DNA of 64,000 nucleotides, taken from the NCBI GenBank assembly GCA_039545335.1, contig BCIN01000002.1, positions 2,820,678 to 2,884,677 on the forward strand. The letters run 5' to 3'. The notes under the pieces were generated by a model that saw nothing but the letters and a program-made list of their open reading frames with translations, did not search any database and was not told the DNA's origin. This document shows, one piece after another, positions 11,489 to 24,211 of the stretch (within the stretch, counting starts at the first letter, position 1; each line of letters begins with the position of its first letter). Made by a program: the position numbers and the translations under genes. Source of the stretch: Kondoa subrosea. Lineage: Eukaryota.

Positions 11489-14400
11489 TTATCCGTCCGT
11501 ATCCATCTCTCTTTGTGCTTTCTCTGCAGCTAAGCTTTCTTCCGCTCTTCTGCGAAGCTTGGCCATTTTCTGAATCTCGTCTATGATGGAGTATAATTGT
11601 TTCGCGGTGAAAGGTTTAGGCAAGAAGAACTAATAAGACAGCACATCAGGCGGAGGTCCAAGAGATGAACATCACAAACTCACTTCCATACCAGCGGACG
11701 AACATTGAGCTCTATCTTCCGTGGTAGAATTGGCTGTGAGAGCAGCGATAGGCCGTCGAGGGAGCTTCTTCTCTCGCTCGTAATCTCCGATCGCCAAAGC
11801 GCACGAAAGACCATCCATTACTGGCATCTGGCGTAAGCAAATGAAATTTGATTAGCCGAACACAAGAGGTTGGTCAAAGGAAACTTATAATCCAGCAGCA
11901 GGAGATCGTATTCTCCATTCTCTTCGATGTAGGCATCGAGAGCCTGTTTACCATTCACCGTCATCCGTAAGTCGAATCGAGCGTCTCCCAAAAATTTCTT
12001 GATGATCATCTATAAAAGATAGCTCCTCAGCCTTCTACTATCAGAGTAGTAAGCTAGGCAGGCATACAGAGTTGACCCTGGTGGCTGTGGATCAGCAAGA
12101 AGGACGAGAGGTTATCAATATCACTTGCCGATCGTCCTCAGCTACCAAGATCCGTATCGCCCGATCATCTTCTCCTTCCTGTATATCTGACATCCTCGAA
12201 GTAGCTGAATTGGACCGTGATGATTTCTGGTTATTGCTGCCTGGATTACCGGTACCTGGATCGCTCGCCTGTGATGCCAGTCCGAAACCCAGGTGACTGC
12301 TATCCGGTATATTCTAAGACAGTGGTCAACACTGCAAAAGATACAGAGCGATTCTCTTACCTCTTCTTTCAAGGGAAAGCGAAAGACAAAGAGAGCGCCT
12401 TGCTGCCCTTTTCGATGTACATATTGCAATGAACCGCCCATTAGCTTGACAAGCTTTCAGAATTTCGATGTTTCGAAGCATAAAAATGACAGAAGCGAAC
12501 CTCAGCTAAATCTCTTGAGAGGGCCAGACCAAGTCCAGAACCGCCAAAGAGGCGTGTTGTGCTCCTATCGGCTTGTTGGAAAGGCTCAAAGATTCGACTA
12601 GCTTGTTCCTCTCTGCAGCAAAAGAAGTTCAGTATAAGGTGAAAGTGCACTATACAGGCACTCACGATATTCCTATGCCACTGTCCAAGCAGCTCAGTAT
12701 AACCCATTCGTCATCTACTTGACAATCAAGCGTTATTGTTGAATTTGGCGAGCTGAACTTGATGGCGTTGTCCCTGGAGCGAAATGTCAGGGGAAGCGAT
12801 TTCTCGAGAAGATCAAACATACAGCAAATTATTGATGACTTGGGTGATTTTGAGTAAATCGCCTTCAATTATTTGGGGCAAGTCATCACTCATATTTATC
12901 TGACCAAATCATTGATGCCGAATCCACGAAAACATCTGGAAGAAGGACTGACCTGTATGGATGCATTCTTTTTAGATGCAATACGACTATAGATAACATG
13001 TATTTCGTTGAGTAGTAACAACATATTGATGCTTGTCTCGTCCAAAACGGCCTGAGTAGGCTCTGATTTAGATCACTTCTTGCTCAGGGCCTCAAGACAT
13101 ACTTTGTGCGCCTCACTGTAGAAGAAAGAGACGGATATTAGCTTTCGGTGTTGTTTTGGCAGGATCCGGCACACATTTTCGAGCTGTTGACTATAATTCA
13201 GACAGTGCATTGGCTTCAAGGAGAAGGAGGATTTGACCCACAAATCAAGAAAGGTGTTAATAATTCGAACGAGCCGTTGAGCACTTTCTTGTATGGAATG
13301 CCCTATTTCCAACTGTTCAGGGTTCAGCTGGGTCGCGAGCAGAAGCCTATCGAGATATATTTGTGAGCATAGACAGAGATGAGGCATAAGCTGCTGACTC
13401 TGATAGACCGAGCAATCCGTTGGCCGGGGTTCTGATCTCTAATCGCGGACATGTGTTAAACTGCAGCAAAAAACGCATTGGAAAAGGGAACGAACCATGC
13501 GATGTATTGGCAACAAACCGTGCGCGGTTCTTGGAATGCTTCAGCGAAACTTCCTCTTCCTGCAACGTTCTTAGTTGTCTCTCAATAGTTGTTTCTCTAG
13601 TAATCTCTTCTAAGAATGCCACAACGCGCATAACTGTACGCTGTCCAGACCAAATTGGAGTCGAGGATATTCGCAGAAACCCTTGCGTTTTGTCGCCTCG
13701 AATGATCGTTATCTTTTCTCCTCGGACTGTTTCTCCTTTTCGTATCGATCGAAGGACAGGATAATCTTCCGCACTATTGATCGATTGCCAGTCAGACTTC
13801 CCGCGGATGAAGCGACTTCTAGCTCACGCATAGTCAATTCCATTCTGTCTATACGCTTCTCGAGTACTGGTAGCTAATTCGTCCACATGCTTGAATCTTC
13901 TCGGCTTATCCTCGCCATATAGCTCGCTTATAGTTCGACTTTGATATATGACTTCGCCATCGGGAGATAAGATCAAAGCAGCGGCCGCTGTAAGCATAAG
14001 AACACAAAAAAATGAGCCAAGTGGGACTGATTGCTGGAGAACTCAATTGGACCCACGTATTGCAGACATAAGAGCATGCCAACCTTGATTCTCCTCACGC
14101 AAAGCTTTGAAGAGATGGGCAGTTTCAGGTGCGGATTCATGATTTGTGATTTCTTCAAGCTCTGCCGTTTCCTTCGCATTGTGATCATGAAGTAAAGTAA
14201 GAGGGGTTTCAGTAAGCCATGAGACCGTTCCAGAGAGATCATCTGTCTTCCAAGGTCTCCTTTCAACTTGACGCTGTCGACCATCTGCTGTATTGAGCAT
14301 CCAGACGTCTATACACACTGGTCTTCAATAACAAAGAGGGATCTTGACCAAACTTTGCTCACTCGGATCAGTCAGTACTGATACATCTAGATCCATCTTG

Positions 14401-14625
14401 AGCTATCCAAAGTTTCGCATGGCCTAATTTAGAGTTTGACGCGGAAACCGATAGCAGGTGAGCCTACCGCATTTGTATATAACACCGTTCCACTGTCATC
14501 CGTTATAGCCATAGGCATAGATCCCATAGCCTGAATGATCCCCGAAACTTCAATCACCTAAGCTGTAACTCTGTTTCGTCGAGGCTTACCGTGAGTGCGG
14601 CTTCGAATACATCAGCCAACACCAT
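11489..14625 (-). CDS. Hybrid sensor histidine kinase (PAS-like + PAS - HisKA - HATPase - REC)
   Basis: H-box FVANTSH|EIRTP, N-box DNAIKFS, G1 DSGIGI, F/G2 IFEPFQQAD...GGSGLGL; receiver [44 protein letters not shown]...ISSTPI. The upstream exons ([14 protein letters not shown]) are PAS-like and the start is less certain. Confidence 0.92.
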
Positions 14626-16703
14626 TATCTAGATGGTATACACAGTTGGATATCAAGAAGCCTGAGGTATGGTCGTCGTTCGAAAGTTTGGTCAAGTCAA
14701 CAAAAGTGGACATTATTGCAGATCGCAAAGTACGGCTGAGATGTTACCAATTTACTAGCTGAGGATTGTACAAGAGTGTAGTAGATTCCCTTGATCCTGT
14801 TTGCGTGGACTGTTTGCCGCTCCTGATTATTTAAGGGATTGCATTGAAATGACGCAACAATTGTTGAGAGCAGAACCCGACCGTGACACTCACATTGATA
14901 GGGCCAATACGCTGTCTGTCTCATAGGTTGCATTACGCACTCGCATCATGCACTGCAGGGCTACATCACGGCATCGAGCGCTGAGAAATTAGCTGACCTA
15001 GCCAGAATGACGGAACAGAAGACCATGAGGTTACCCTTGACAATCAGAAGCGATAGCTTGCTTGCAATTAATGAACACCAAGGCACTCGAGTGCAGACAT
15101 GGCTAGGAGAGCAGATCACACAAACTTTCTGCAACTCGTCAACCGATCTCAGCTCAAATAGAGCAACATCCCTGTCCCGCAAGCAAGGAAAACACGAGCA
15201 CGACATGAATGGCAGCACGTGGGCTAAGTGGAAGCTGACCGTCGGGAGCTCCAGATACGAGCGCTTGCGCGAAGCATGAATAGAGTCCAGACTGATCAAG
15301 GAGAAAGAGAAAGAGAGATTACGAGAAGCGAGTGCAGCTCATAAGTCACTTGATATAGCTATTTGACATTAACAATTCCCAAGAAGATTAAACACCACCT
15401 CCTAAAGAAGATATGGGTAAGCTTCAAGTAGACGATCTCTCTCAATCAGTAGTTTCAGTACGCACCACTCTTGACACTATCCTTTGGTGCATATCCTATA
15501 TTTCCTGTTGCTCCTGGCTCGGTTGTCTTTGCCTTTGCTCGTTCGCCCTGCAAGCTTATGAGCTCATGTCGAATCATGTTTACTGGAGATCTACTGCTTT
15601 GATCCCATAGTTTCCAATAACATAAGCGATAGGCACTGCTATGGCCCTAGAGAACAAGCGAGATTAGCTAATCTTCGATCGTCTGCTTGCATCAGAGCCT
15701 GAACAGAACAAAGCTTACATGCTGAGGCCTAGTCGTGCTGCGAACTGCATGTGTAGCTTTGAGTGGGTTATTGCAGGTCTGTATGATAGTCTGGGCGCAA
15801 GAATCACAAGATTTCGAAAAATGAGCAGGTTGAATGGAAACCGTCATCAATCGCGTTCTGAACACTACACTACCCCAAAACATGACTCTAGCAACGATTC
15901 GTGACCCGAAAAGCTGGCCAGTGTGCTCTCACCAATTGAAATCGACCTTCCAGTCAGATTTGAGTGATATCGATCATGGCGTCTTACTGGCTTATCTGAC
16001 TTTTCTCTCGCTCTAATTTTCTGTTGTTGTAAGAATGTCGCAACAGCAAGGCGGAAAGCAGTTTCTACAGAGCAACATTATTGGGTATCAGCGAATCACT
16101 GGCCGCGGACTGATACCTGTTGAGCCCGTGCTTCTTCCGGATCTTGCTCGCTCAAAAGAGTTGGGACTTCGCATACAATCTTCCAGATAGCGGCTTTTTG
16201 CAAATCGACATGCGCGCTATGACATTTCGTCGGTAAACCTGCTACGAACTTGCGGAATGACTATCGAACTTCGCACGCGTACATTGGCGGACCCTTACAG
16301 TGCGTTTGCCACACGAATTGCAATGCTCTTCAAGGCATCCCGAGGCGACTTGATCTATTTTTCCCCTTCAAACACCTGTTCAACCTCAGACCGAGCACAG
16401 CATTCCTTCACAATCCCGGACAATAATAAGTTGAACCCCTGTAGTGGTTCTCTGAGCTATGCCGATACAGATTCCAAGTAATGGATGTAACCGGCTGCTG
16501 GGCACTGCCTGACGAAACATTGACAAGCAGAGGACCCTCTGTTCTTTGCACACATTTGGTCCACATGGCATACCGTCCATCCTACACTGCATTCTCATAA
16601 AACGCGACTTCGAATATTCACTTCTCCTTTGCATACATAATCTGCCTTTCTTCAAGCGATTAACAAATCCTCGATACATCAAGGAACGAAAGTAGATCGA
16701 AAT

Positions 16704-17282
16704 ATGTCTTGCAACTGCGGAATGTCACAATACGGTACTTGCGAATGTTTGTTCTCCCTCTATCGCAACCAAATCCTTCCTCAATTCTAATCTTCCTTTG
16801 TTACATAGGCGGCCAAAATAATGCTGTTATGGGCACTTGGAACCAAGCAGGTACTAATGACAACTCCGCTGTAGGTCTTGTTCATCTAATCTTGACTTTT
16901 ATTCAAGCCTAATTCGGTTGACGTGATGCAGTGCTCTTGCGGCTGCGCTGGAGCTTGCGGATGCTCAAGTGGTTGCCCTGGTAATTGCTGGTCAGTCTCT
17001 ACACTCTACACTAATGGTGTAGTTCTGATAATGAATAGCAACGGTGCTGTTGATAACCAATATGGCTGTGCTTCTCAAGCCGGTGGACAGAGCTCTTGTT
17101 CTCACTGCGCTGACTGCTCAAACGGTAAGGACTTCCTTCGTAACTCCTCATCGCTTTTTTAATATATGCTGCCATAGGCTTCTGCTGCGGATCTTGCAGC
17201 AACAACCAAATGAGCGTCGGCATCTGGTGCTGTACGTCTCTTCCCCTCGCTTTTAAACGTAGTGCTGATCTTTGTGTTAGGA
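16704..17282 (+). CDS. Metallothionein-like Cys-rich protein, 97 aa, six exons
   Basis: Exons 16704-16734, 16809-16870, 16932-16990, 17039-17124, 17178-17231 and 17281-17282, all GT-AG and in phase. Protein: MSCNCGMSQYGGQNNAVMGTWNQAGTNDNSACSCGCAGACGCSSGCPGNCCNGAVDNQYGCASQAGGQSSCSHCADCSNGFCCGSCSNNQMSVGIWC* (18 Cys in CxC, CC and CxxC). Confidence 0.75.
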
Positions 17283-17513
17283 ATGGGGCTACTAAGCTGC
17301 ACTCGGGCACACTGAGAGGATCGTACGACGGAAGTATTGCCCTGAGGCTCAATAAACTTACAGTAGTAAAGGAACAGATCAAATGAAAGCCCTTCTCCTT
17401 CTCGGTGACTCTCGCACTACTGTGAATGTTCTTACCTTCTTCAAATTGACGTGACTTCTTCGCGAGATCAATCTTCCCGCGAATTGCTCCGCGTGTGTTT
17501 TCATTACACAGCC

Positions 17514-18131
17514 ATGACCTTTTTCCAATCTGCACAAATCAGATCTCTACATACCACTTTAACAAGATTAGCAGGACATAAGCAAAGCATCAAGTTCTTA
17601 GGAGCAGGCGAATCTAGATGGTCTCATGCATCTCATGAAGCACAACCTCATCCAGCCGTTCGTAGTTCTCTAACCTTACAGCACATTTGAGAGTGCTAAG
17701 GTAGTGTGACATGAACAGGCTCCTAGTGATATGATCAACCAATTCGCTCAATTTCAGGATAAGCAGAAACAAGCTTTCCAACCTTCCCCTTCTACCTCTT
17801 CTTCTGCAAGCTCTTCTTCGTCGAGCTCTTCGCTATCGTCTCAATCATCAGAGTCGAATAGAAGTGGAATACCACCGCCAGACGTGAATGAATGGTGGGA
17901 ATTACCAGAACGCTTTAGGTCAGCAGGATTCGCTACTTTAGCTTCAGAAGGCTGCTAATGAGGTGCCAATGTTGACAGGCGAAGACCGGAATTATCTGAG
18001 AAGGAAATGATGTACATCGAATCGGCAGGAGCTATAGTAAGCGATCTTGGCTCACATTGCGATTGCGCTTCGCTCAGCACGTTCGGTATTGCTTACAGTG
18101 TGAAGGATTTGTCGATAGAGGGGCGAAGTAG
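17514..18131 (+). CDS. KGD4: Alpha-ketoglutarate dehydrogenase subunit 4 / MRPS36 (Ymr31) family
   Basis: N-terminal HKQSIKFLG and PHPA|AP, Ser-rich linker, C-terminal WELPERFR|RRPELSEKEMMYIESAGA. The final exon and stop are uncertain. Confidence 0.8.
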
Positions 18132-18234
18132 GGTCAACTTGAGGGCAGATGGCAGAAAAGTATACAGTAGAATAGAGGGAATCATGGAATAGAATGCTTG
18201 CATTTCGCCCTGAGACTGCTCCTCTAGGATTACA

Positions 18235-19269
18235 CTAATCCCTTTCTGCAATCCTTTGCAAATGCGCATCAACTTCTTCATCCGTCAACTGCTCAGATCC
18301 TTGGGCTCTTGTGACTAATTTCTGCAACAGCATGAACTCACTCTAGTAAATTTCGGATTCTCCCTGCTCACAACAGCTACTTCAATCTCGTTCGCTTTCA
18401 AATCCGTAGCCAAAACAGTAGCAAGAGTAGTAATAGCCATTTCAACCGTTCCTTGAGTTCCAACTTCCAAAGCTTTCATTTGATCCGAACTTTCTTTTTT
18501 GAAGGCTTTTTCTAAATAATTGGTTGCTTCCGTTTGTTTGGATCCAGAGGAAGTAGCTTTGAATCCAACGTAGAATCCGGCTGGATCGAGTTTGAAAACT
18601 GCTGGGTTATCGAGTTCGTCTAAACCGATAATGATCATTGCTGGACACCCATAACATTAAATGATATGTCAGAGTGGAAGTGAGTACTCACAAATGCCTA
18701 AAGGTCGCATAGCAGCTCTTTGCGTGTAAACCTGTCAGACAACCATTGTCCCTCAGCTATGTAAATAGCGAAAGAGACGTGAAGTGTGCTGACCTGATTG
18801 ATGTTTGCCATTCTTCTAGCCAATAACTCCGGTTCAATCTCATGCCCATACTTGTATCTGAATTCTGCAGCTTCCGCTTGAGCTCTTTGAACTTGAGAAC
18901 GAGCATCTGCAATCATTCCAGTCATGACGCATCCGATAGTAGGTGTAATTGAAAAGATGTGAGTGATTGTAGAAGGGTCTAGAAGTTTATCCTGTTTCTC
19001 ACATTGGATCAGTATGAAAGTTAATGAGAGAACGGAAGAAAGACCAACGGGAACTCGTTTTTGTGTAATGACACAGCATGATTCTTTGCCTCTGATCGCT
19101 ATTGAAGTTTGACCGCAATTGCTAATAGCTTTGAAGGCGTATTCTGTGCACATAGCTTTCTTGATAAGTCTGAATCAGACAAGAGTAAGATTGTAGACGC
19201 ACCGATTTGATATAGTCTCCCATCTGGTGAGAAGATGGTTAACATCCTATCGTAGGAAGATCTCGACAT
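18235..19269 (-). CDS. SCL1: 20S proteasome subunit alpha-1 (PSMA6)
   Basis: [47 protein letters not shown] and [11 protein letters not shown]; ends LQRIAERD*. Confidence 0.95.
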
Positions 19270-20046
19270 GGTTGAAGCTGGATGATTGACTATTGTACAG
19301 AAGCCGAATTGATCCAATCAAGTGACGAGGAGTAGCACGAACATTGTAGAGGAGATTGCAGATGGTGGTAGAGAGCCAGAACAGGTATGAAGGGAAGGAG
19401 AAGAGTGCAATACGCAATAAGTACTGTTCGCAGGGAATCTGGCTCCAGATGGGCTTACGAGGATCGAGACTGGACTAGGGGAAAAGGTTAGAGCTCTACT
19501 AGGGTATGCCTAAGAGTGTATAAGCCAGAGAAAGTACGGTTTGCGGTCAACCTCGCGCTGACGAGTCGATTACGGGTTTTCAAGTGAGCACCATTCGACT
19601 GTGATTATTCTGTCTACTGAGCCCTGCTCACCTGCATGCAACTCTACACAGTACTGTAACGAACAGCCAGATTGATAAGCTCGAGCGCGAACAGGTGATG
19701 CATGACTTCAAGACTTCCGATCAACTGCTCTCCTATTCTTGCCTGCCTTGCTTGGCTTCCTTGCTCTTTAATTTCACCTTGCTCTGACCACCTTCTTCTC
19801 GCTTGGCTGTTTCTACATAGCAACACGCATCGGTCTTGCCTGGAATTCCATTCTTCGTGTCTGTTTTCCACTAGCTTCTTGACACGATATCACCTCAGGC
19901 TGGCCTGGCCTTAGTTCCAGTCCACCACAACAAAGCTAATATATCCCTGTACTCAAATCGTTGATCGATTTCTTGTCCTTCACTCAATACCATCCACACT
20001 CCTTCAACCCTTCACACTCATTTCGAAACGCCAAAACAGAAGCAAA

Positions 20047-20697
20047 ATGTTATTCAACTTCTTTCTACTCTTCACTTTGGTTATGCAGCTGGTCTGCGTT
20101 TCTGCTAAATCATCAATTACCCCTTCAGCAAAAGATACTGTTCAAGCTATTACGCGTCAAGCTAAGACTATTGGAGTAGGAAAGAAGTTGCTAAGCTCTG
20201 ACAAGGTAAGTGAGCTTTATCAATACAGTAGTAGACTGTTCTTGATTATCGCTGGCTACAGATCAATGTCCAGGTATAGGATACAGCTGGAAATGATAAG
20301 AAGTTGAAAGCTTACGCGTTTCTTATCTTAAAGGGAATCGTTACAATCGATGGCTTGAATGCTTCTAAAGTAGTCAAATCAGTGCACAACAAGGTGAGCA
20401 GCAATCCATCGCATAGCCAATAAGGCTTATGGATGTGTGTCGCCTCACAGACCAACAAACCACTAAAACATATCTCTGCAATCAAAAAGGTCAGCAAACA
20501 ACATACTATATTCAGTCTTGTGCTAATGGGTATGTGTTTCTCGTTGACAGATTCAAAAGAAAAAGCTCTTAAACAGACAAGGCAAATCATCTGGACCGAA
20601 AAGATTAGCCAAACATGCCATGGAAGGAACAACGCACATGACGGATCAACAAATTTATTCATTCTTAGATGGTGCGGATGAACAGGATGATGCTTGA
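20047..20697 (+). CDS. Small Lys-rich secreted protein, four exons
   Basis: Signal peptide MLFNFFLLFTLVMQLVCVSA. Phase-0 introns at 20206, 20394 and 20490. Exon 2 needs the acceptor at 20279, because the one at 20261 leaves an in-frame TAG. Confidence 0.55.
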
Positions 20698-21103
20698 ATA
20701 GGTCAGTGTTTCTCGCATGATAGGAGTATTTTCGTAATGCTTATTCGGCATCAAACAACTGACAGATCATACAACTTGTTCGTCGTGTTGTTGAAAAAGT
20801 CGATTGCGCTGACTTTCATCATAACATTGGACGAACAGACATGGCTTCTTCTAAACTTTCGCACTGAGAAGCAGTCGCGCCCAACATTCAATGAAGATCC
20901 TCGTTGGACTTTCCCTTCTCTCCTTCACCTTTACATAGTACATACATGAAAAATAATAGGGCTGGTCCTGTAAAAGCTGGGTGTATATAATGCATTATAG
21001 GATTTGTTCGTTGTTCTACTCTGCCTTAGTTTTTTTCTGTTCTGTTCTTCTCTTCCATCTTTCTTTGGCTTTTCATTTCCAGTGCGCTGACTCTCACGAC
21101 GTA

Positions 21104-21265
21104 ATGTCAAACGACAATGTCCTAAGTCATTATCGACTTTGCGCGGTAAGGTGATCTTTTCTTTGTAACACTGGCGTTTGTCTGTTAATCACCTATCCTG
21201 ATCAGCAAAACAACTGGTCTGTGCTCGTGACAGCTGGTAATACTGGAAAGACAGGTGCGAAGTAG
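21104..21265 (+). CDS. Candidate spliced small ORF (33 aa)
   Basis: MSNDNVLSHYRLCA|QNNWSVLVTAGNTGKTGAK* with intron GTAAGG..CTGATCAG (21146-21205). TATATAA at ~20984 and a pyrimidine tract upstream. Confidence 0.3.
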
Positions 21266-21300
21266 GCTTATTATACATTTTGACTTTGCTTTCTAAGTTT

Positions 21301-22652
21301 CTATACAACGCTCTTCTGCCAAGTATGAGCTCCTTGTTTATACATCTTGATATAAGCTTTGACTTTGTTTGATACTTCATCCTATTTCATTTCCAAGGTC
21401 AGAGATTCTGTCTTTGAATCAAGAGGCATGATGAAGATTTACTTTGGTGAATGATTTCCCAAACGCATCAACGAAAACACCTTCAGGGTCCATCAAATAA
21501 AAGCTGTTGTATTCCAGTTTTAGTAAGCTTGAAAGAAGCAAAAAGAGATAAAAGGAAGACGGACAAGATTGAATGATCAACAAGATAATCATCTGTCGCT
21601 TTAGCGTCCGGTGGAGTGGAGAAATAGACCCTGAATTGTTTGCAGGCTGCTTTGATGGCTGCGTAGGATCCTGTAAGTCCGATCATTGTAGGGTGGAAAT
21701 CTGCAAATATCAATTTTCGTTAGTATGTTTTCGGCGTCAAGGCAAATTGAGTTGGTCGATAGTTTGATAGACGAAAGATAGACGAAAGAGGGAGACGGAA
21801 GCAGGAAGAAATGTACCTTTTATGTAAGTAGCCATAGCGCTGGGCGAATCTCTTGCAGGGTCGCAAGTGATGAAAACAGGTAGAATCGTATCTTGTCCAT
21901 AAGTAGCGGCTGTCACATAGGTGCCCCTGTATGAGCTATAAACTCAGGCAGGGAAACCACTCCACTGACCTATCTCATCCACCACTACGCTCATTTTATC
22001 CAATTCCTCAGGACATATATCTGGGCAATTTGTAAAGCCGAACTGTACTCCCACAGTTTAGCCTATCAGGAATACTCTAAGAGACGAATTTGTAGACGCA
22101 CGTAAACTAGTGTGAACTTTCCTAGCAAATCCTGTTCAGTGAAAGGTTTGCCATCGCTTGTCGTCAGGTTGAAAGGACCACCAATATTCGGTCTTCCAAC
22201 TTTCTGATTAGCGATTTGTTGTTCTATTGTATCGAATTAATACCTTTCGATACCAGTATGAGAGGAGACCTACTCTTGACTGATTCGATCTTTTGTTTCT
22301 CTGATTGAAAATAGTAGTAAAGACCAGTACCGGTGACCAAGAACAAAGCAAGAGCTTTCCAAGAAAAAGGCTGCAACGACATCTTGAGTAAAAAGAAGTA
22401 GGATTACGTAAACCATTGAACTGACTCCTACTTGTGCTCGCGATTTGAAAGCTTCCGATGTGCCTGGTTCGTTTGCTCTTACTTTAGAGGAAGCATGTAA
22501 TGATCGAAGAGGAGCCTGCGATGTAAGAAATAAGAAACAAGACACAAATTGAGGAAAGCGAAGATGAGCACAGATTGAAGATGCCGAAAAGGCAGAGATG
22601 GATGAGGGTATATAGATCTAGATATCCTCGTACTACTTCTAAGTACTTGCAT
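21301..22652 (-). CDS. SCO1: Cytochrome c oxidase copper chaperone Sco1
   Basis: [25 protein letters not shown] (CxxxC), [15 protein letters not shown] and YLMDPEG. Confidence 0.96.
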
Positions 22653-22720
22653 AGCGATGGTTCCTGTCCAACCCTTGAGCTTTTTTCTCAATCGCTTCTT
22701 GATCAAAGTCAACGACTGAG

Positions 22721-23965
22721 ATGAGCAAACCATTTACGCTCAATGCAGCTGCACCGGATTTCACAATGAAAGAGAATGTTACTGTACCTAGAACAAGCAA
22801 GAAACGACCTTTGCCTACTGCACCTGAACAGCCAAAGATTCCGAAAACCAACGTAGAGAAGGAACAGACTAGGAGATTGATAGTAGTGCTGGAACAAGCG
22901 TGCTTAGGTGGGTCGGACTGTCTTCTTGCTGTTGAATCAGCTGAAGCTGCCATCTTGGATCCACAGAATCGTACAAAATGGCAGCGAAATCGAAAACTGA
23001 AGAAGACAAATATATGCTCCTGAACGCAGACGATCATCAAGGTCTACTAGCCAAGATGGGTAGAGAAGTAGCTACAGCTCGGCCAGATATTACTCATCAA
23101 GTTTCGTTGAAAGGCGAATGAGTCATGTATGTTGGGAAGCTGACTATGTGATCGCCAACAGTGTCTGCTTACTTTATTGGACTCACCTGTCAACAAAGCA
23201 GGAAAACTTCAAGTCTACATACATACAGCTAAAGGAGTTCTGATCGAGGTGAATCCAAGTGTTAGGATACCTAGAACGTTCAAACGGTTTAGCGGGTTAA
23301 TGGGTTCGTCGTCGGTTGTGGTTAGCGCTTTTGTGCTTACCACATTGCCTCTGTACGAACAGTACAACTTCTTCACAAGCTTTCCATAAGATCGGTCAAC
23401 GGTTCCGAAAAGCTCTTGAAAGTAATCAAGGTTTGTCCGCATTCTCAGATTCGTCTGAGCCCAGCTGATCGTGTATATAGAACCCGATAACGGATCATCT
23501 ACCTATAAATTCCCATAAAATCAGTTTGTCATCCTTTTTTCCCTCACATGACGCTTCTGGCTAATTGCTGAAACAGCCCTTTCTTTCGATGCTGAACCAG
23601 TCAAACTTTCTAAATATCTACCAACTATACCGGATACACATTCAGTAGTAGTCTTTGTCGGCGCAATGGCTCACGGGTCCGTTTCTTGCATTGTTATTCC
23701 TGCGGAATAGTGACCGGCGAGAAATGAACAGACCGGATAATTTCGCTGATCATATGGTCGATGAAAAGATCGCTATCTCAGAATACTCTTTATCTGCTTC
23801 GGTAGCCTGCGGGAAGGTCAGTAAGAATGACACCTTGTTTCAATTTGATAGCTGATATGGCATCAACTCCCTTGACAGTTCTGTTGTGCTGTTGAGGATT
23901 ATTGGGATATAGTGAGTCTCTTTTCATGCTCCTCTTGATTTAAGCTTATGAATAAATAGTTGTAA
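22721..23965 (+). CDS. EMG1: 18S rRNA pseudouridine N1-methyltransferase Nep1/Emg1
   Basis: [54 protein letters not shown] and [12 protein letters not shown]. Start at 22721 or 22766. Confidence 0.96.
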
Positions 23966-24211
23966 TTTGTTTCTCGTTCTCGTTCGCCTTGCCGCTAGAT
24001 TTTGGCACCAATTGTATTATTACCTGTGTTACAAGCTCATTTGCACGTCTATCGCTGTCCTTGGTCTCTATCTACAGTTCCTCTACAGCTCTCTTCGAGC
24101 CGCCGCAGCAGTTGTTTTGTTCTTCTGGTTTCTTCTGATCTAATTTTAACTTCCAGACTATGAAACGATTCCCCTTCTTTTTCGCTCACATCGATACAAT
24201 TAACAAGCTCT

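Noticed and set aside
14285..14470. Two in-frame stops (TAG 14403, TGA 14325) in the N-terminal PAS-like region of the histidine kinase
   Set aside because: Both are removed in frame by plausible introns (14467-14403 and 14362-14285), so they are not evidence of a pseudogene.
14350..16560. Metal-response motifs upstream of the metallothionein-like gene (TTTGCTC at 14354 and 15534, TGCACAC at ~16547)
   Set aside because: These are short, isolated matches expected by chance, and the TGCRCNC element belongs to animal MTF-1.
14697..16682. Several 60-110 aa ORFs in the HK-metallothionein gap
   Set aside because: No recognisable motifs or coherent exon chain, and many begin at non-ATG codons.
17011..17535. 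174-aa minus-strand ORF and similar long shadow ORFs (9491-9973, 22639-23040, 59345-59872)
   Set aside because: They lie antisense to well-supported genes and show no protein-family features.
21768..21810. Short tandem repeat TAGACGAAAGA x2
   Set aside because: An intronic slippage duplication in SCO1; not CRISPR-like and no sign of function.
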